The position numbers were made by a program, and so were the translations under genes. Positions 1 through 12,554 of a stretch of 64,000 nucleotides of DNA are shown in pieces (position 1 is the first letter of the stretch; every line of letters begins with the position of its first letter). Source of the stretch: Octopus bimaculoides (lineage: Eukaryota); assembly GCF_001194135.2 (NCBI RefSeq), contig NC_068983.1:109483218-109547217 (forward strand). The letters run 5' to 3'. A model generated the notes under the pieces. The model was not told where the DNA came from. It ran no database searches and saw only the letters and a list, made by a program, of their open reading frames with translations.

Positions 1-26
1 TATATATATATATATATATATATATG
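1..26. repeat. (TA)n microsatellite
   Basis: Direct read of tatata at the window start. Confidence 0.95.
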
Positions 27-482
27 TATGATGATGATGATATACATGTGTGCATGTATGTATACAACTAATATCTAATTAGCACTTTAACTGAATATAT
101 TTCTTATTCAACAACTATTAAGTGCCTTGTGAGATTCATATTTGTATAATTACAACATAAATCAGTTCTAAATATTTTAAGTCACAAGATATATTTCCTA
201 GTCGAACACTCAGAAAATATTTTCTCTAACCTAACAAAAGAAGTGAATATAAATTTTCTCACTTTATTCTTGATAGATGTTCTGGTCAAAAAATTTACGA
301 TAAGCAGCAACCAGACAAGAGAGATTGAATATTCATCTTCTTATGTCTGGTCGCCAATAGCCTTCATAAGAGCATGTTACATTCTTCATTGACTGAAGGA
401 GCTAGTAGTTGTAGAAAACTTTAAATATCCCAGAAACTACTGTAAGATAAACATATGTATATGTTCTTTATGTGAATATCCT

Positions 483-882
483 CATTTTTATTTGCTTTCA
501 TCATTAGACTGTAGTCATGCTGGGGCACCACCTTTAAGAATTTTAGTCAAATGAATCAACTACAGTATTTTTTAAAGCCTAGTACTTATTCTATCAATCC
601 GTTTTGCCAAACCACTAAGATATGGGGACATAAACACACTGACACCAGTTATCAAGCAATGGTGAAGGAAAACACAGACAAAAACATCCATACAAACAAA
701 GAAACACACATATGTTTATAATAGGCATCTTTCAGTTTCCGTCTACCAAATCCATTCACAAAGCTTCAGTTAGTCTGAGGCTATGCTAGAAGATACTTCC
801 CTAAGGTGCCATGCAGTAAGACTGAACCATAGCTATCTTGTTGTGAAGCAAATTTCTTACCATACAGCCACAACCGTGCCTA
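483..882 (-). mobile_element. tRNA-derived SINE (octopus-type family), diverged full-length copy
   Basis: The reverse complement matches the + strand copies at 32070-32494 and 58835-59470: head ggcacggttgtggctgtatggtaagaa, core ggatttggtagacggaaactgaaag, tail gatagaataagtactaggct...gcatgactacagtc. Confidence 0.85.
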
Positions 883-1477
883 CGTTCAAAATTTATTCTT
901 TTCATTTATTTGGCATAAACATGGGTTATAACACTTTCTGATTTTTTTTTATGAGTACATTATTGTAATTACAAAAGGTACATGTGAAAATTTATTTTAG
1001 ATGAAAGCGCTAAAACAAACTTACATACATGAATAAATATTATTATGACTCTTAAAATTAGCCTGTTTATATTTCTTGTGTGATATAAAGAGTAACAGCA
1101 GTGAATATAGCCTCTATTGTACAAACTAGTTCTAGACATGAGTAAACAATTTGGTGCTATTTAAATAGCTATACTTTTCAGAAAATATATATTGCTATAT
1201 AATTTGTAGCAGTTGTGAATCATGTTTTTAAGTTTGTAGCAGAACTTTGTTCTTGTCATTATTTTTTATGTATATAAGCAAAGGATTTGAGGGATCATTT
1301 CAGAATGATCCAAATATGGAATGCAGATATGTGTCATCTTCCCTTTCTCCAGGTTTCCCTAAATTTGAAGTGAAAATCAGACAAAGGAGTTTCTGTTAAA
1401 GGGCCAACGTCACTAGTAGTTCAGAAGCAATTATTTGAAAAATATAGTTGACAGATAATATTGAACATTTAGAAATT

Positions 1478-1633
1478 TTATTTATTTTGCCAATAAAGTG
1501 GCAGATGTGTAAGAACTTCAAACTTAATGCCATGATTTGCATCAAAAGCATCCAATGAAAGCAGTGACCCATATTCCAAAGACACAAACATCATCAAAGA
1601 ATTGATTAATGTGACTAAATGTTTGCCCTGCAT
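1478..1633 (-). CDS. Candidate 51-aa ORF with hydrophobic N-terminus (MQGKHLVTLINSLMMFVSLEYGSLLSLDAFDANHGIKFEVLTHLPLYWQNK); unknown product
   Basis: Manual translation with gccATG context. The first 28 codons are shared in frame with the intron-split paralogous segment at 12699-13260. No homology recognised. Confidence 0.2.
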   Translation of the reverse strand: MQGKHLVTLINSLMMFVSLEYGSLLSLDAFDANHGIKFEVLTHLPLYWQNK

Positions 1634-3408
1634 GGCTAATATACAAAGCATGTGTCTATCAATTACAATTCAATAATAAGTCATAAAAACCGTATGCCAC
1701 CCATGTGTCTATCTAAAGGCATCTCCTTTTTTCAAACCTAGAAAATTCTGATTGGGCAAGTTATTAGAAAATGATAACAGTCTAATTAGTTCCAGACCTT
1801 GTAGATTTAGTCCGCTAACAAACATACTCTAAAAGATGTACATTAGGTAAAATCAATTTCAAAATGGATATAATTGTTGAAACTTATTACATATTTATTT
1901 ATTATTTTGCATAAGATCAAAGATGTACTAAGAATATGCATAAATGCTATTCTCTTGTAAAAGAAGAAGATCTTCAAATATATTAATTTATGTTTCATGT
2001 GCATGAAACAGTGGATTAATCAAAGATAAAATAGATTTTGAAGAAAATTGAAACAAATAAAAAATATATTGTTAATAACAGTTCTGTTTATTTCTAAAGC
2101 ACATAAAATTCATTGAGAAGATAAAGTATATAATGATTTCGATGTAATTATTGAAATATTTAGTTTATATTAGACTTTGATTATTTCAAAAGTATATTTA
2201 CTTAGGAAATTAAATAGAAATGCAATAACAGAATTATAAACAACTACTAAATTAAAGATATAATTTATTTTAATTGTATATATTTACAAAATATACATGA
2301 CAACAAAAGAATCTCAAATAAATATCAAAATCATTTATTTTATTTTAGTTTTTATTAAACAAAATGAGATTATATAAATAAAAGCTGTAATCTAAAATGT
2401 CAAATATATTCTAAAGGTTGAAGTTAGAATGACAAAACTAAAAAGTATACGCCTGAAATTTGAAAATTCATGAAATTAAAGAAATCACCATCATATCAAG
2501 ATTGTTAAATTTTACAGAGGGAAACTCTTCTAAAAATATAAGCAACAACAATGAAGCACTAAGTAACTAAAATTAAGATCTGAGAAAACTCACTATATTT
2601 TGCTGGATTATCAAGAGATAAAAACTTAGATAATGGTGTTTATTCTATCACTTTAAAGACTGAAAATCCATTAATCAATGTTCTTCATACGAAAAAAAAA
2701 TTCGATATTTAAATAATATGAATATTAAACAGTTTAGTAAGCTCCTAAATATTTAAGAAATTGTGATTTTTAGAGCAAGGTAAGTAGTAGCTACGTTAAG
2801 TTGCAAGTGTGTCAATTAGAGCTGAGAGAAGGAAGTTGAGACAAACATTTGCAAAAACCGTTAGCTATTAAGGAACATTATGTAATAATGGAGCATAATT
2901 GTATGGAAATCTGTCACTAAATCATACTGCATCAATGACTGTTGTAAACAGATTTTGCAAGTGTATATGATATGCTAAACGCTGTTATTTCTGCTATACC
3001 ACTGTATAATTTTTGAATATATCAATTTTTTGTGGGGTTTTTTTTTAATGTTTTAATTTTTAAATGTGTCGAATTTTTGTGTTTTCTTTTGTTGAGTTGG
3101 TTATTTTCCAAGAAAGTAATTTAAGTCGTTTTTTGCCACCTACATCTAATGTCTTTGGGAAATAAAGTAAAATGCATAACTTTCCATTCTCAAAATCTCA
3201 AAATCTCTTGATACTTGTTTCCTTTATGGCATTTATAGAGTATTGGTTTCATTAATATTGATACAAATACATGTTTTTAAACTATTATTGTCAACCTAAC
3301 AAATTTACTTATGAGCATGTTATAACCTAAACTCACACATGTTTGCACATATATTTATATGCACATACACACACACGCGTGCACACACACACACACACAT
3401 ATATATAT

Positions 3409-3660
3409 CATTGCTACTATGCAAAAGTGTTGTAAGTCCAAAATGTTGCTTTTTCATAAAATGAAAATATAGTTTCACCATTCCATAGTAAAACCATTGT
3501 ACTACACTTTGACAAAATTTTTGATATCTTGGCATTCGAAGTAGCTGGAGATACGATAGTTTGACCAAGAGAACTGACTATTGCAAGCAAAAATAAATAT
3601 TGAAAAAAAAAACGCACTTGGCCAAATTTGGAGATACCACAGTTTAACATAGTAGCAATG
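3409..3660. mobile_element. MITE with 13-bp TIR CATTGCTACTATG inserted in (TA)n
   Basis: Perfect TIRs at 3409-3421 and 3648-3660 (catagtagcaatg), with AT-dinucleotide flanks on both sides. Confidence 0.8.
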
Positions 3661-3706
3661 ATATATATGTATCATTGCTATTATGCTATATATATATATA
3701 TATAAA

Positions 3707-4090
3707 TATTGTTACTATTATGTTAAACTGTCGTATGTCAAAATTTGGCCAAATGCGTTTTTTCCAATATTTATTTTTGCTTGCAATAACCAGTTCTTTT
3801 GGTTAAACCATCATATCTCCAGCTGCTTCAAATGAAAATTGTCAAAGTGTAGTACACCGGTTTAGCATTTTTCAAAAGTGTAGTAAGCCCCACATACGAC
3901 AGTTCTGTAAAAATATTTCTCACTGGAAATATCATACATGCATTGAATTACGATTTTATGCACCCAACAAAGTGTTATTGTTAAGCTAAACCTGTTGCTA
4001 ATGTAAAAAGAAATAGAATGTTGAAACTATTCTTTTGTTTTCTGAAAAAGCAACGTTTTAGACTTACGACACTTTTGCATAATAGCAACG
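3707..4090. mobile_element. Longer copy of the same MITE family, inverted relative to 3409-3660
   Basis: 3707-3870 is the reverse complement of about 3490-3660, and 4015-4090 is the reverse complement of 3409-3485. It has about 150 bp of extra internal sequence, degenerate TIRs and TA flanks. Confidence 0.8.
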
Positions 4091-5441
4091 AAATATATAT
4101 ATANNNNNNNNNNNNNNNNNNNNNNNNNNNNNNNNNNNNNNNNNNNNNNNNNNNNNNNNNNNNNNNNNNNNNNNNNNNNNNNNNNNNNNNNNNNNNNNNN
4201 NNNNNNNNNNNNNNNNNNNNNNNNNNNNNNNNNNNNNNNNNNNNNNNNNNNNNNNNNNNNNNNNNNNNNNNNNNNNNNNNNNNNNNNNNNNNNNNNNNNN
4301 NNNNNNNNNNNNNNNNNNNNNNNNNNNNNNNNNNNNNNNNNNNNNNNNNNNNNNNNNNNNNNNNNNNNNNNNNNNNNNNNNNNNNNNNNNNNNNNNNNNN
4401 NNNNNNNNNNNNNNNNNNNNNNNNNNNNNNNNNNNNNNNNNNNNNNNNNNNNNNNNNNNNNNNNNNNNNNNNNNNNNNNNNNNNNNNNNNNNNNNNNNNN
4501 NNNNNNNNNNNNNNNNNNNNNNNNNNNNNNNNNNNNNNNNNNNNNNNNNNNNNNNNNNNNNNNNNNNNNNNNNNNNNNNNNNNNNNNNNNNNNNNNNNNN
4601 NNNNNNNNNNNNNNNNNNNNNNNNNNNNNNNNNNNNNNNNNNNNNNNNNNNNNNNNNNNNNNNNNNNNNNNNNNNNNNNNNNNNNNAATATATATATACA
4701 TATATATATATTAAACAGGACGGATAGTTGGAAAAAACGTGTGATTCTGAATAAATAATATCAAAAACTTACCCACTTGTTATTTTGTTATATACTAATT
4801 CTGCAAACAATATTTTGCAGAATTTTCAACTCCAATCTGTACCTTACATCAAAGCAAGAATGACATACTAGATTGTAATACTGAACTCAGCAGATGTGCT
4901 ACAAGAGGACACTGTTAGGATTTTACCCTACCTACATAATATATATATACATATTTCACAACTGGGAACCATTAAAAATTGATTAACGCTGTAGACAACA
5001 TGATAAAAACTCATAAATATTATTATAAGTATTATTATGAATCTAAGGATAAAAATTTTAAAAGATTGGAGGAATATAAAACAAAAAATTGCATGCAGAA
5101 AATATTAAGAGAATGAATGATGGATTTACTATGTTATAGCAGAAGAAAGAAGTATATTTTCCTGATATAAGATGGTAGACAGGATTATAAAATCAATATA
5201 TAAATATAAATAAGAACATTATGGAGGGAAAACTATGCACAGGATAATATGAATACAATCAGTGAAGTTAATAAAACAGGCATAGAAATTTTATTATGAA
5301 GGTTTATTTTTAGAATGAGATTCAATTAATGACTTATGTTCAAAGAACATTTTGTCAGAAAATGATAAGCAATTGTTCTACTAGGCATTAAGAGAATCAA
5401 ACCAAGAAAACCATAGCAGTATCAGCGTTTTCTAAACAATG

Positions 5442-5950
5442 CAGTAATGTTTCGATATATGAGTTAATTTGTTCCTGGAGACCGCTCATGAAGTGAAAAC
5501 TCATAAAGCAGAGCTATAGCTTCCCATGTTATAAATCGTAATTCGTTCCCAGAAAAATATCTTACCAATAAAATTTATAATACTCTTAAATAAATGGCAA
5601 TAAAACAACAGTAGAATGTAAAGAATATTTAATGTAAAATAAAAAGAATATCAAGATCATCTATAATAAAAAATGTTATTATTATAATCGTTTTCAGCAT
5701 CACTTTCACTTGTACTAAACTCATGCACACCATCACTTGTAGACACGATCGCTGATTCACAAGCACTCGTTGACAGACTTGTAGATTTCTTTTTAAAAAA
5801 CAAGTCTGGAGTTGTTTGCTTAGAAGCATTTTTTTCCCCGTTCTCTATAAATTTCTCTGTGACATGAAGCATTTGTTGAGGTAGAAGGAACTTTTGCACT
5901 TCATTCAAAATTTGGATTTTGTACTTGAAAACTTTGTTATAAAACAAAAC
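5442..5950 (-). mobile_element. Tigger/pogo-like DNA transposon 3' remnant
   Basis: Terminus cagtaatgtttcgatatatgagttaatttgttcc resembles Tigger ends. The minus ORF 5657-5947 contains EKNASKQTTPDLFFKK, like the pogo/Tigger C-terminal KQTxLDxFFK motif. Confidence 0.55.
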
Positions 5951-6304
5951 TCATAAACCCGAGGTCTCCTAAAGTGGGTCCTCATAAAATGAAGTATAAT
6001 TGTACTGTCATAATGTTTCCAATAATAAAATATTAACTTAAATGGAAGTCAGTTATTAAACTATTTGCGTATGCAGTTAGTGTGTGCTGCTTTATCTATA
6101 ATTTATGTCCAGACAAAATTGAAGTTTTATGTATGCAGTCTATATAAAAATTAAACTAGCGTCATACTTTGGTTCAATAATTCAGACTGATACAAAAGGA
6201 GTTATTTATTAAAGATCCCTTAATTTCATTTAAGAACAATAAACCTAATGTTAAAATATGTTTTACAAAAGTTTGAACCTGATAATTGTTTTCCAATCAA
6301 AGTT

Positions 6305-8506
6305 TGATGAAAGACTGCTGAATGTGGAGAATGAATGGGTGGAGGAGAGTCTGCCAAAGGTTGACCCAATTGAGGGACCAGTTACCCAATTCGACAATAC
6401 CCTGGTAGATAAGGCAATTAAGGATATGAAGACAGAGAAAGCACTTGGCCCATCAGGAATCACCACTGAGATGCTTAAAGTATTGGGCGGTGTGGGTTAG
6501 GGTCTTGTCACCCACATCATAAATCAGGTTGTTCAGGAAGGAGTCATACCCAATGACTGGTGTAGCAGCACCATAGTCAACTACTACAAGTGTAAAGGTG
6601 ATGCTTTAGATAGAAATAATTATAGGGCTATCAAATTATTGGTTCAGATGATGAAAGTTACAGAAAGGTTCATAGCCCAACTAATTAGGGAGAGAGTTAG
6701 CCTAGATGAGATGCAGTTTGGTTTTGCACCAGGCAGAAGCACCACCGATGCTATATTTCTGGAAAGGCAACTGCAGGAGAAATATCTAGTCAAAGATAAA
6801 CCTCTGTACTTGGCTTTTGTTGACTTGGAGAAAGGCTTTGACAGGGTCCTCCGATCCCTTATCTAGTGGTCAATGTGGAAACTGGGGATAGAGGAATGAT
6901 TGGTAAGAGCTGTCAGTAAGGTGAGTGTTGGCTATGAGTATAGTGAAGAATTCCGAGTAGAAGGGGTTCACCAAGGATCAGTCAACAGCGCCCTTTTATT
7001 CATTATAGTCCTCCAGGCAATAACAGAGGAATTCAAGATGATCTTGCCCTAATAGCTGAGTCCCTGCCAGAAATAGAGATGAAGTTTAGGGTGGGCAAGC
7101 AAGGTCTAGAATCGAAGGGCCTTAGGGTCAATCTAGCAAAAACCAAAGTCTTAGTAAGTAGGAAGTCTGTCAAACAACAATCCCCTTCAGGTAGATGGCC
7201 CTGCTCAATCTGTAGAAAAGGCATAGGTAGAAACTCCATAAGATGTCCCCAGTGTAAGCTATGGATGCATACCAGGTGCAGTAATATCAAAGAAAGGTTA
7301 ACAGGGAAAATAGTTTTTGTGTGTGACAGATGCACAGGAGCAATAAACACTGAAGATGTACGGACAACAGATTCCATCGCATACCAGGGGGAGAAACTAA
7401 AAGTAGTTAATAGCTTCCACTACTTAGGTGACCAAGTCTGTAGTGGGGGTGGATGCTCTGAGAGTGTAGTGGCTAGAATAAGAATAGCCTGAGCAAAGTT
7501 CAGGGAGCTCCTACCTCTGCTGGCAACTAAGGGCCTCTCACTCAGGATGAAAGGTAGACTGTATGATGCATGTGTGTGAACTGCCATGCTACACAGCAGT
7601 GAAACATGGGCCATGACTGCAGAGGACATGTGTAGGCTTGAAAGAAATTAAGCTAGTATGATCAGCTGGATGTGTAATGTCAATGTGCATACACGACAGA
7701 GTGTAAGTGCTCTGAGAGATAAGTTGGGCATAAGAAGCATCAGATGTGGTGTGTAAGAGACGATTGTGCTGCTATGGTCATGTGTTACATATGGATGAGG
7801 ACAGCTGTGTGAGGAAGTGTCACTCCCTAACTGTGGAAGGAACCTGTGTAAGAGGTAGACCCAGGAAGACATGGAATGAGGTGGTGAAGCATAACCTTCG
7901 AACATTTGACCTCACAGAAGCAAGGACAGGAGACCAAGACCTTTGGAGTTATGCTATGATTGAGAAGACCTGGCAATTAAAGTGAGATTGCAGCCATGCA
8001 TGACCAGCCCAGTTAAGAGTACCCTTGATGCATCATGCAATATGATATGCTTGAGGAGACCTGTTGAGTCAAGTAAAATCAATATCGTAGCTATGGTCGG
8101 TGCCCTAAGACTGGCTCCCATGCCAGTGGCACATAAAAAGCAACATCTGAATGCGGTTGATGTCAGATCCACCTAACTGGCTCCCATGCTGGTGGCATGT
8201 AAAATGCACCAACCGAATGTGGCCAATGCCAGTACCTCCTGACTGGCCCCCGTGCTGGTGGCACATAAAAAGCACTATCTAAATATGATAAATGCCAGGC
8301 CCGCCTGACTGGCTCCTGTGCCAGTGGAACATAAAAAGCATCCACTACACACTCAGAGTGGTTGGCATGAGGAAGGGCATCCAGCTGTAAAAACATTGCC
8401 AGATGAGATTGGAAGCTGATGCAGCCGCTGGCTCTCCAGACCTCGGTCAAACCATCCAGCCCATGCCAGTATGGAATACGAACGTTATACGATGATGATG
8501 ATGATG
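6305..8506 (+). mobile_element. RTE-clade LINE, 5'-truncated, inactive (RT, C-terminus, repetitive 3' UTR, (GAT)n tail)
   Basis: Translated motifs GPSGITTEML, QFGFAPGRSTTDAIF, LAFVDLEKGFDRV, HQGS, GLRVNLAKTKV, FHYLG and RGRPRKTW. A short deletion near 7036 removes the LYA of YADD, and there are several stops. The (gat)n tail ends at 8506. Confidence 0.95.
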
Positions 8507-9041
8507 CATGCATTATCTGAAAAAATTATTCTGGCATTGTGGGTATAAATGAACAGACATAATATGTTTCAATTATATCTCCTTAACCTCACCACATAAA
8601 AAAGAATTTATGACAACTATTCATTCAAATTATACTGAAGCCAAATTTGAATTTTGTCATCATATTTTGTGTATTGTTTTTTTCAGTGCACTTCAGAATC
8701 TCCATCAAAACACAAAACCTAAACAATTTTATGTTCAATAAGGGAATTTCAATCTAAATGGAAAAAATCCCTAACTCCCTAAAAACAAAAGAGTAATATG
8801 AAATACTTGCATTACATTGTATTGGGGTAACTGAGTGTGGTAAAACCTTAAATGTATATAAGTTCTAAAATAAGATATCCTTTTTTGTAATAAAAGGCAA
8901 GCTTGTCAAATATGTGGTGGGATGAAATGGTGAATGTTTGGAGATATGCTGAGCTTGAGAAGACCTGGCAAGCCAAGTGAAACCGTAACCATGGCCTATG
9001 CCAGTACAGCATAACCAGCCCATTTAAGAGTACCCTTCAAT

Positions 9042-10565
9042 CGTCGTCGTCGTCGTCGTCGTTTAACATCCGCTTTCCATGCTAGCATGGGTTGGACGAT
9101 TTGACTGAGGTCTGGTGAAACCAGATGGCTACACCAGGCTCCAATCTGATTTGGCAGAGTTTCTACAGCTGGATGCCCTTCCTAACGCCAACCACTCAGA
9201 GAGTGTAGTGGGTGCTTTTACGTGTCACCCGCACAAAGGCCAGTCAGGTGGCACTGGCAATGGCCACACTCATCTCGCTCGTAAAACCTCATGTGTCACC
9301 CGCACAAGAGCCAGTCCAGGGGCACCGGCAACGATCTCGCTCGAAAATCCTACAACGGCCCCGCACAAGAGCCAGTTCAGGGGCACTGGCAACGATCCCG
9401 CTCGAAAGATTTCATGTGTCGCCCGCACATGANNNNNNNNNNNNNNNNNNNNNNNNNNNNNNNNNNNNNNNNNNNNNNNNNNNNNNNNNNNNNNNNNNNN
9501 NNNNNNNNNNNNNNNNNNNNNNNNNNNNNNNNNNNNNNNNNNNNNNNNNNNNNNNNNNNNNNNNNNNNNNNNNNNNNNNNNNNNNNNNNNNNNNNNNNNN
9601 NNNNNNNNNNNNNNNNNNNNNNNNNNNNNNNNNNNNNNNNNNNNNNNNNNNNNNNNNNNNNNNNNNNNNNNNNNNNNNNNNNNNNNNNNNNNNNNNNNNN
9701 NNNNNNNNNNNNNNNNNNNNNNNNNNNNNNNNNNNNNNNNNNNNNNNNNNNNNNNNNNNNNNNNNNNNNNNNNNNNNNNNNNNNNNNNNNNNNNNNNNNN
9801 NNNNNNNNNNNNNNNNNNNNNNNNNNNNNNNNNNNNNNNNNNNNNNNNNNNNNNNNNNNNNNNNNNNNNNNNNNNNNNNNNNNNNNNNNNNNNNNNNNNN
9901 NNNNNNNNNNNNNNNNNNNNNNNNNNNNNNNNNNNNNNNNNNNNNNNNNNNNNNNNNNNNNNNNNNNNNNNNNNNNNNNNNNNNNNNNNNNNNNNNNNNN
10001 NNNNNNNNNNNNNNNNNNNNNNNNNNNNNNNNNNNNNNNNNNNNNNNNNNNNNNNNNNNNNNNNNNNNNNNNNNNNNNNNNNNNNNNNNNNNNNNNNNNN
10101 NNNNNNNNNNNNNNNNNNNNNNNNNNNNNNNNNNNNNNNNNNNNNNNNNNNNNNNNNNNNNNNNNNNNNNNNNNNNNNNNNNNNNNNNNNNNNNNNNNNN
10201 NNNNNNNNNNNNNNNNNNNNNNNNNACTGGCAACGATCTCACTCGAAAGATTTCATGTGTCACCCACACATGAGCCAGTCCAGGGGCACTGGCAACAATC
10301 CCGCTCGAAACATTTCATGTGTCACCCGCACAAGAGCCAGTCCAGGGGCACTGGCAATGATCTCGCTCGAAAGATATTATGTGTCGCCCGCACATGAGCC
10401 AGTTCAGGGGCACTGGCAATGAACTCACTCGAAAAATTTCATGTGTCACCCGCACAAGAGCCAGCCCAGGGGCACCGGCAACGATCTCGCTCGAAAGATT
10501 TCATGTGTCGCCAGCACATGAGCCAGTCCAGGTGCACTAGCAATGATGCCGCTCGAAAGATTTCA
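9042..10565 (-). mobile_element. Antisense RTE 3'-UTR copy with (GAC)n tail and amplified internal repeat
   Basis: (cgt)n followed by ttaacatccgctttccatgctagcatgggttgg is the reverse complement of the RTE 3' terminus at 8440-8506. Confidence 0.85.
9220..10565. repeat. 62-bp tandem minisatellite array (partly in N gap 9433-10225)
   Basis: Unit ttcatgtgtcacccgcacaagagccagtccaggggcactggcaacgatctcgctcgaaagat recurs at 10251, 10313 and 10375 (period 62). About 3.5 units lie left of the gap and 5.5 right of it. Confidence 0.95.
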
Positions 10566-12554
10566 TGGGCAATAAACTGCGAAGACCTGTTGAGGCAAGT
10601 GAAGGCACCTGTGCCAGAGGCACATAGAAAGTACCATTCGAGCGTGGTCATTGCCAGTACTGCCTGACTGGCTCTCGTGTTGGTGGCATGTAAAAAGCAC
10701 CCACTACACTCTCAGAGTGGTTGGTGTTAGGAAACTTTGCCAGATCATTGAAGCCTGTTGCAGCCTTCTGGCTTGCCAGCCCACAGTCAAACCGTCCAAC
10801 CCATGCCAACATGGAAAGTTGACGTTAAACAACGATGATTATGTGAAGAATAAGTTTAAGGATATAATAAACAGATTAAGACTACTATATTTTCCGATAA
10901 TAAAAATATCAATACAAACAAAATATGTTATTTTGACCACAACTTTTGTTTTGAGCAATAAAATCTCTTAGTCTTTATAATGATTTTTGTAGACTATACA
11001 ATATTATGCATTGAGAAAATTGTTTTAAATATACTTCATGGATGTTTCAAGTTTGTACTAGTATTGAACTCAAATTACAGGAAGGAAAAACTTAGAACAT
11101 TAACATATGGAGTTGAATATGTAATTAGAAAAAAAGAAAACAAATAAATTCCACATATTCTAACCTTTTAAAATGTTTATAAGTTCATAACATTAGCTTT
11201 ACTACATTAATCACCAAGAAAATATATGTGAAAAACATTCTCATAACAACTAAATGATGCAACAATTTTTGAGGTTAAAATCATCAAAATGGTTATTGGA
11301 TATCAGTTTCTTAAAGACTAATAATCAACTCATTTTCAAGACTAAAAGATTCATAATTAATTTTCAAACTAAACTCTTTAAACAAAGTATCACCTTTTGT
11401 TTGATGATCACATATTATATATTTAAGAGATTAAGGAAGCTAAAAGTGACCGATTGACATATAATCAAAATTCAGAATAATCTTGCAGAATTATGATGAA
11501 TAATAAACAAAGAAGAATTTATATTGGAGTCAGTAGCCCTTTGCACTTTTTAATCTTTTAAATGAATTCAAATTGAGTTAAACAGCCAATACATGTGTAC
11601 TAGAAACAAAACTAAATTCCCGTTTGTCAAATCTTCAGAATTCAGTTTTACTGGCATTTGTCACAGTAAAGAGGTTAAACAAAACTTCACTGGAAATAGA
11701 ATTGGTGCTGTGTTCTTTTTAGTAACTCCATGGGATTAAAAATATATTAAATTTTGGAAGTAATGAAATCATAACGTTGTTAACAAATAATTGCAGTACA
11801 GATGTTATGCAAAAACAATGATATAACATGCACAGAAAATTATATGTGCTACTAGACTCTCTGTCTGTCTGTGTGAGTGAGTATATAAAAAGAAGAGGGC
11901 TCAATAATTATGAAAATAAATTTGGTTAGCATGCTAATTGCTAATACACAAAATTATAGAGATATATTTGATACAAAGTAACACTGAAAAATATAGAATG
12001 ACTATACATTTTAAATGAATACAAAGTTGTTAGCAGTTCAAATGTGCTTGATGCATATTCAAATCCATAAGAATGCCATTCACTGTACTTTTTTCTCATG
12101 GATAAAATTTCTCATTTAGACAAATAAGATGTAAGCACACTCAGTCAGCTTGAAGCACTCTTTAATCAGATTGATGGATGCATGCTTTTAAGAGTGGTTA
12201 TCTTCTCTTCAGCAGCAGATACCAGAAAGGGAAACACTATGAACAGACAAGAGAGACAGATCTCTCCTTTTATATTCCTGTCATTGCACTGTGACTGGTT
12301 GCACTGTTGGAGTTAGCCCTTCAAGCTGACTCAGAGTCTTTACACCTTGTCTACAGCTAGAATTTTCCTCCATGACAAAATACAGTGAATAGATTTTTTT
12401 ATGGGTTCAAATATGCCTCAACAATGAATTCATTTTATGCAAGCAAGTGATGTTGACATCAGAAGAAAAAAAATGATAGAATCATAAGTACATACTGATT
12501 ATGTCAAAAATATGACCAAAATATGGTAATATTTTTTGGTCGTAAAATATGACT

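Larger units (their letters stand above)
8910..10843 (+). mobile_element. RTE 3'-end fragment split in two (8910-9041 and 10566-10843) by a nested insertion
   Basis: gagaagacctggcaag...gagtacccttcaatcgt resumes as tgggcaataaactgcgaagacctgttgag... and ends ccatgccaacatggaaagttgacgttaaacaacgatgat. The order is the same as in the 3' UTR at 7960-8506. Confidence 0.75.

Noticed and set aside
1353-1399. Possible + strand terminal exon (GFPKFEVKIRQRSFC*) after a strong acceptor
   Set aside because: No recognisable homology and no supporting upstream exon in the window.
9220-10565. CRISPR-like appearance of the 62-bp array
   Set aside because: There are no unique spacers, the units are contiguous and derive from an RTE 3' UTR, and the context is eukaryotic.
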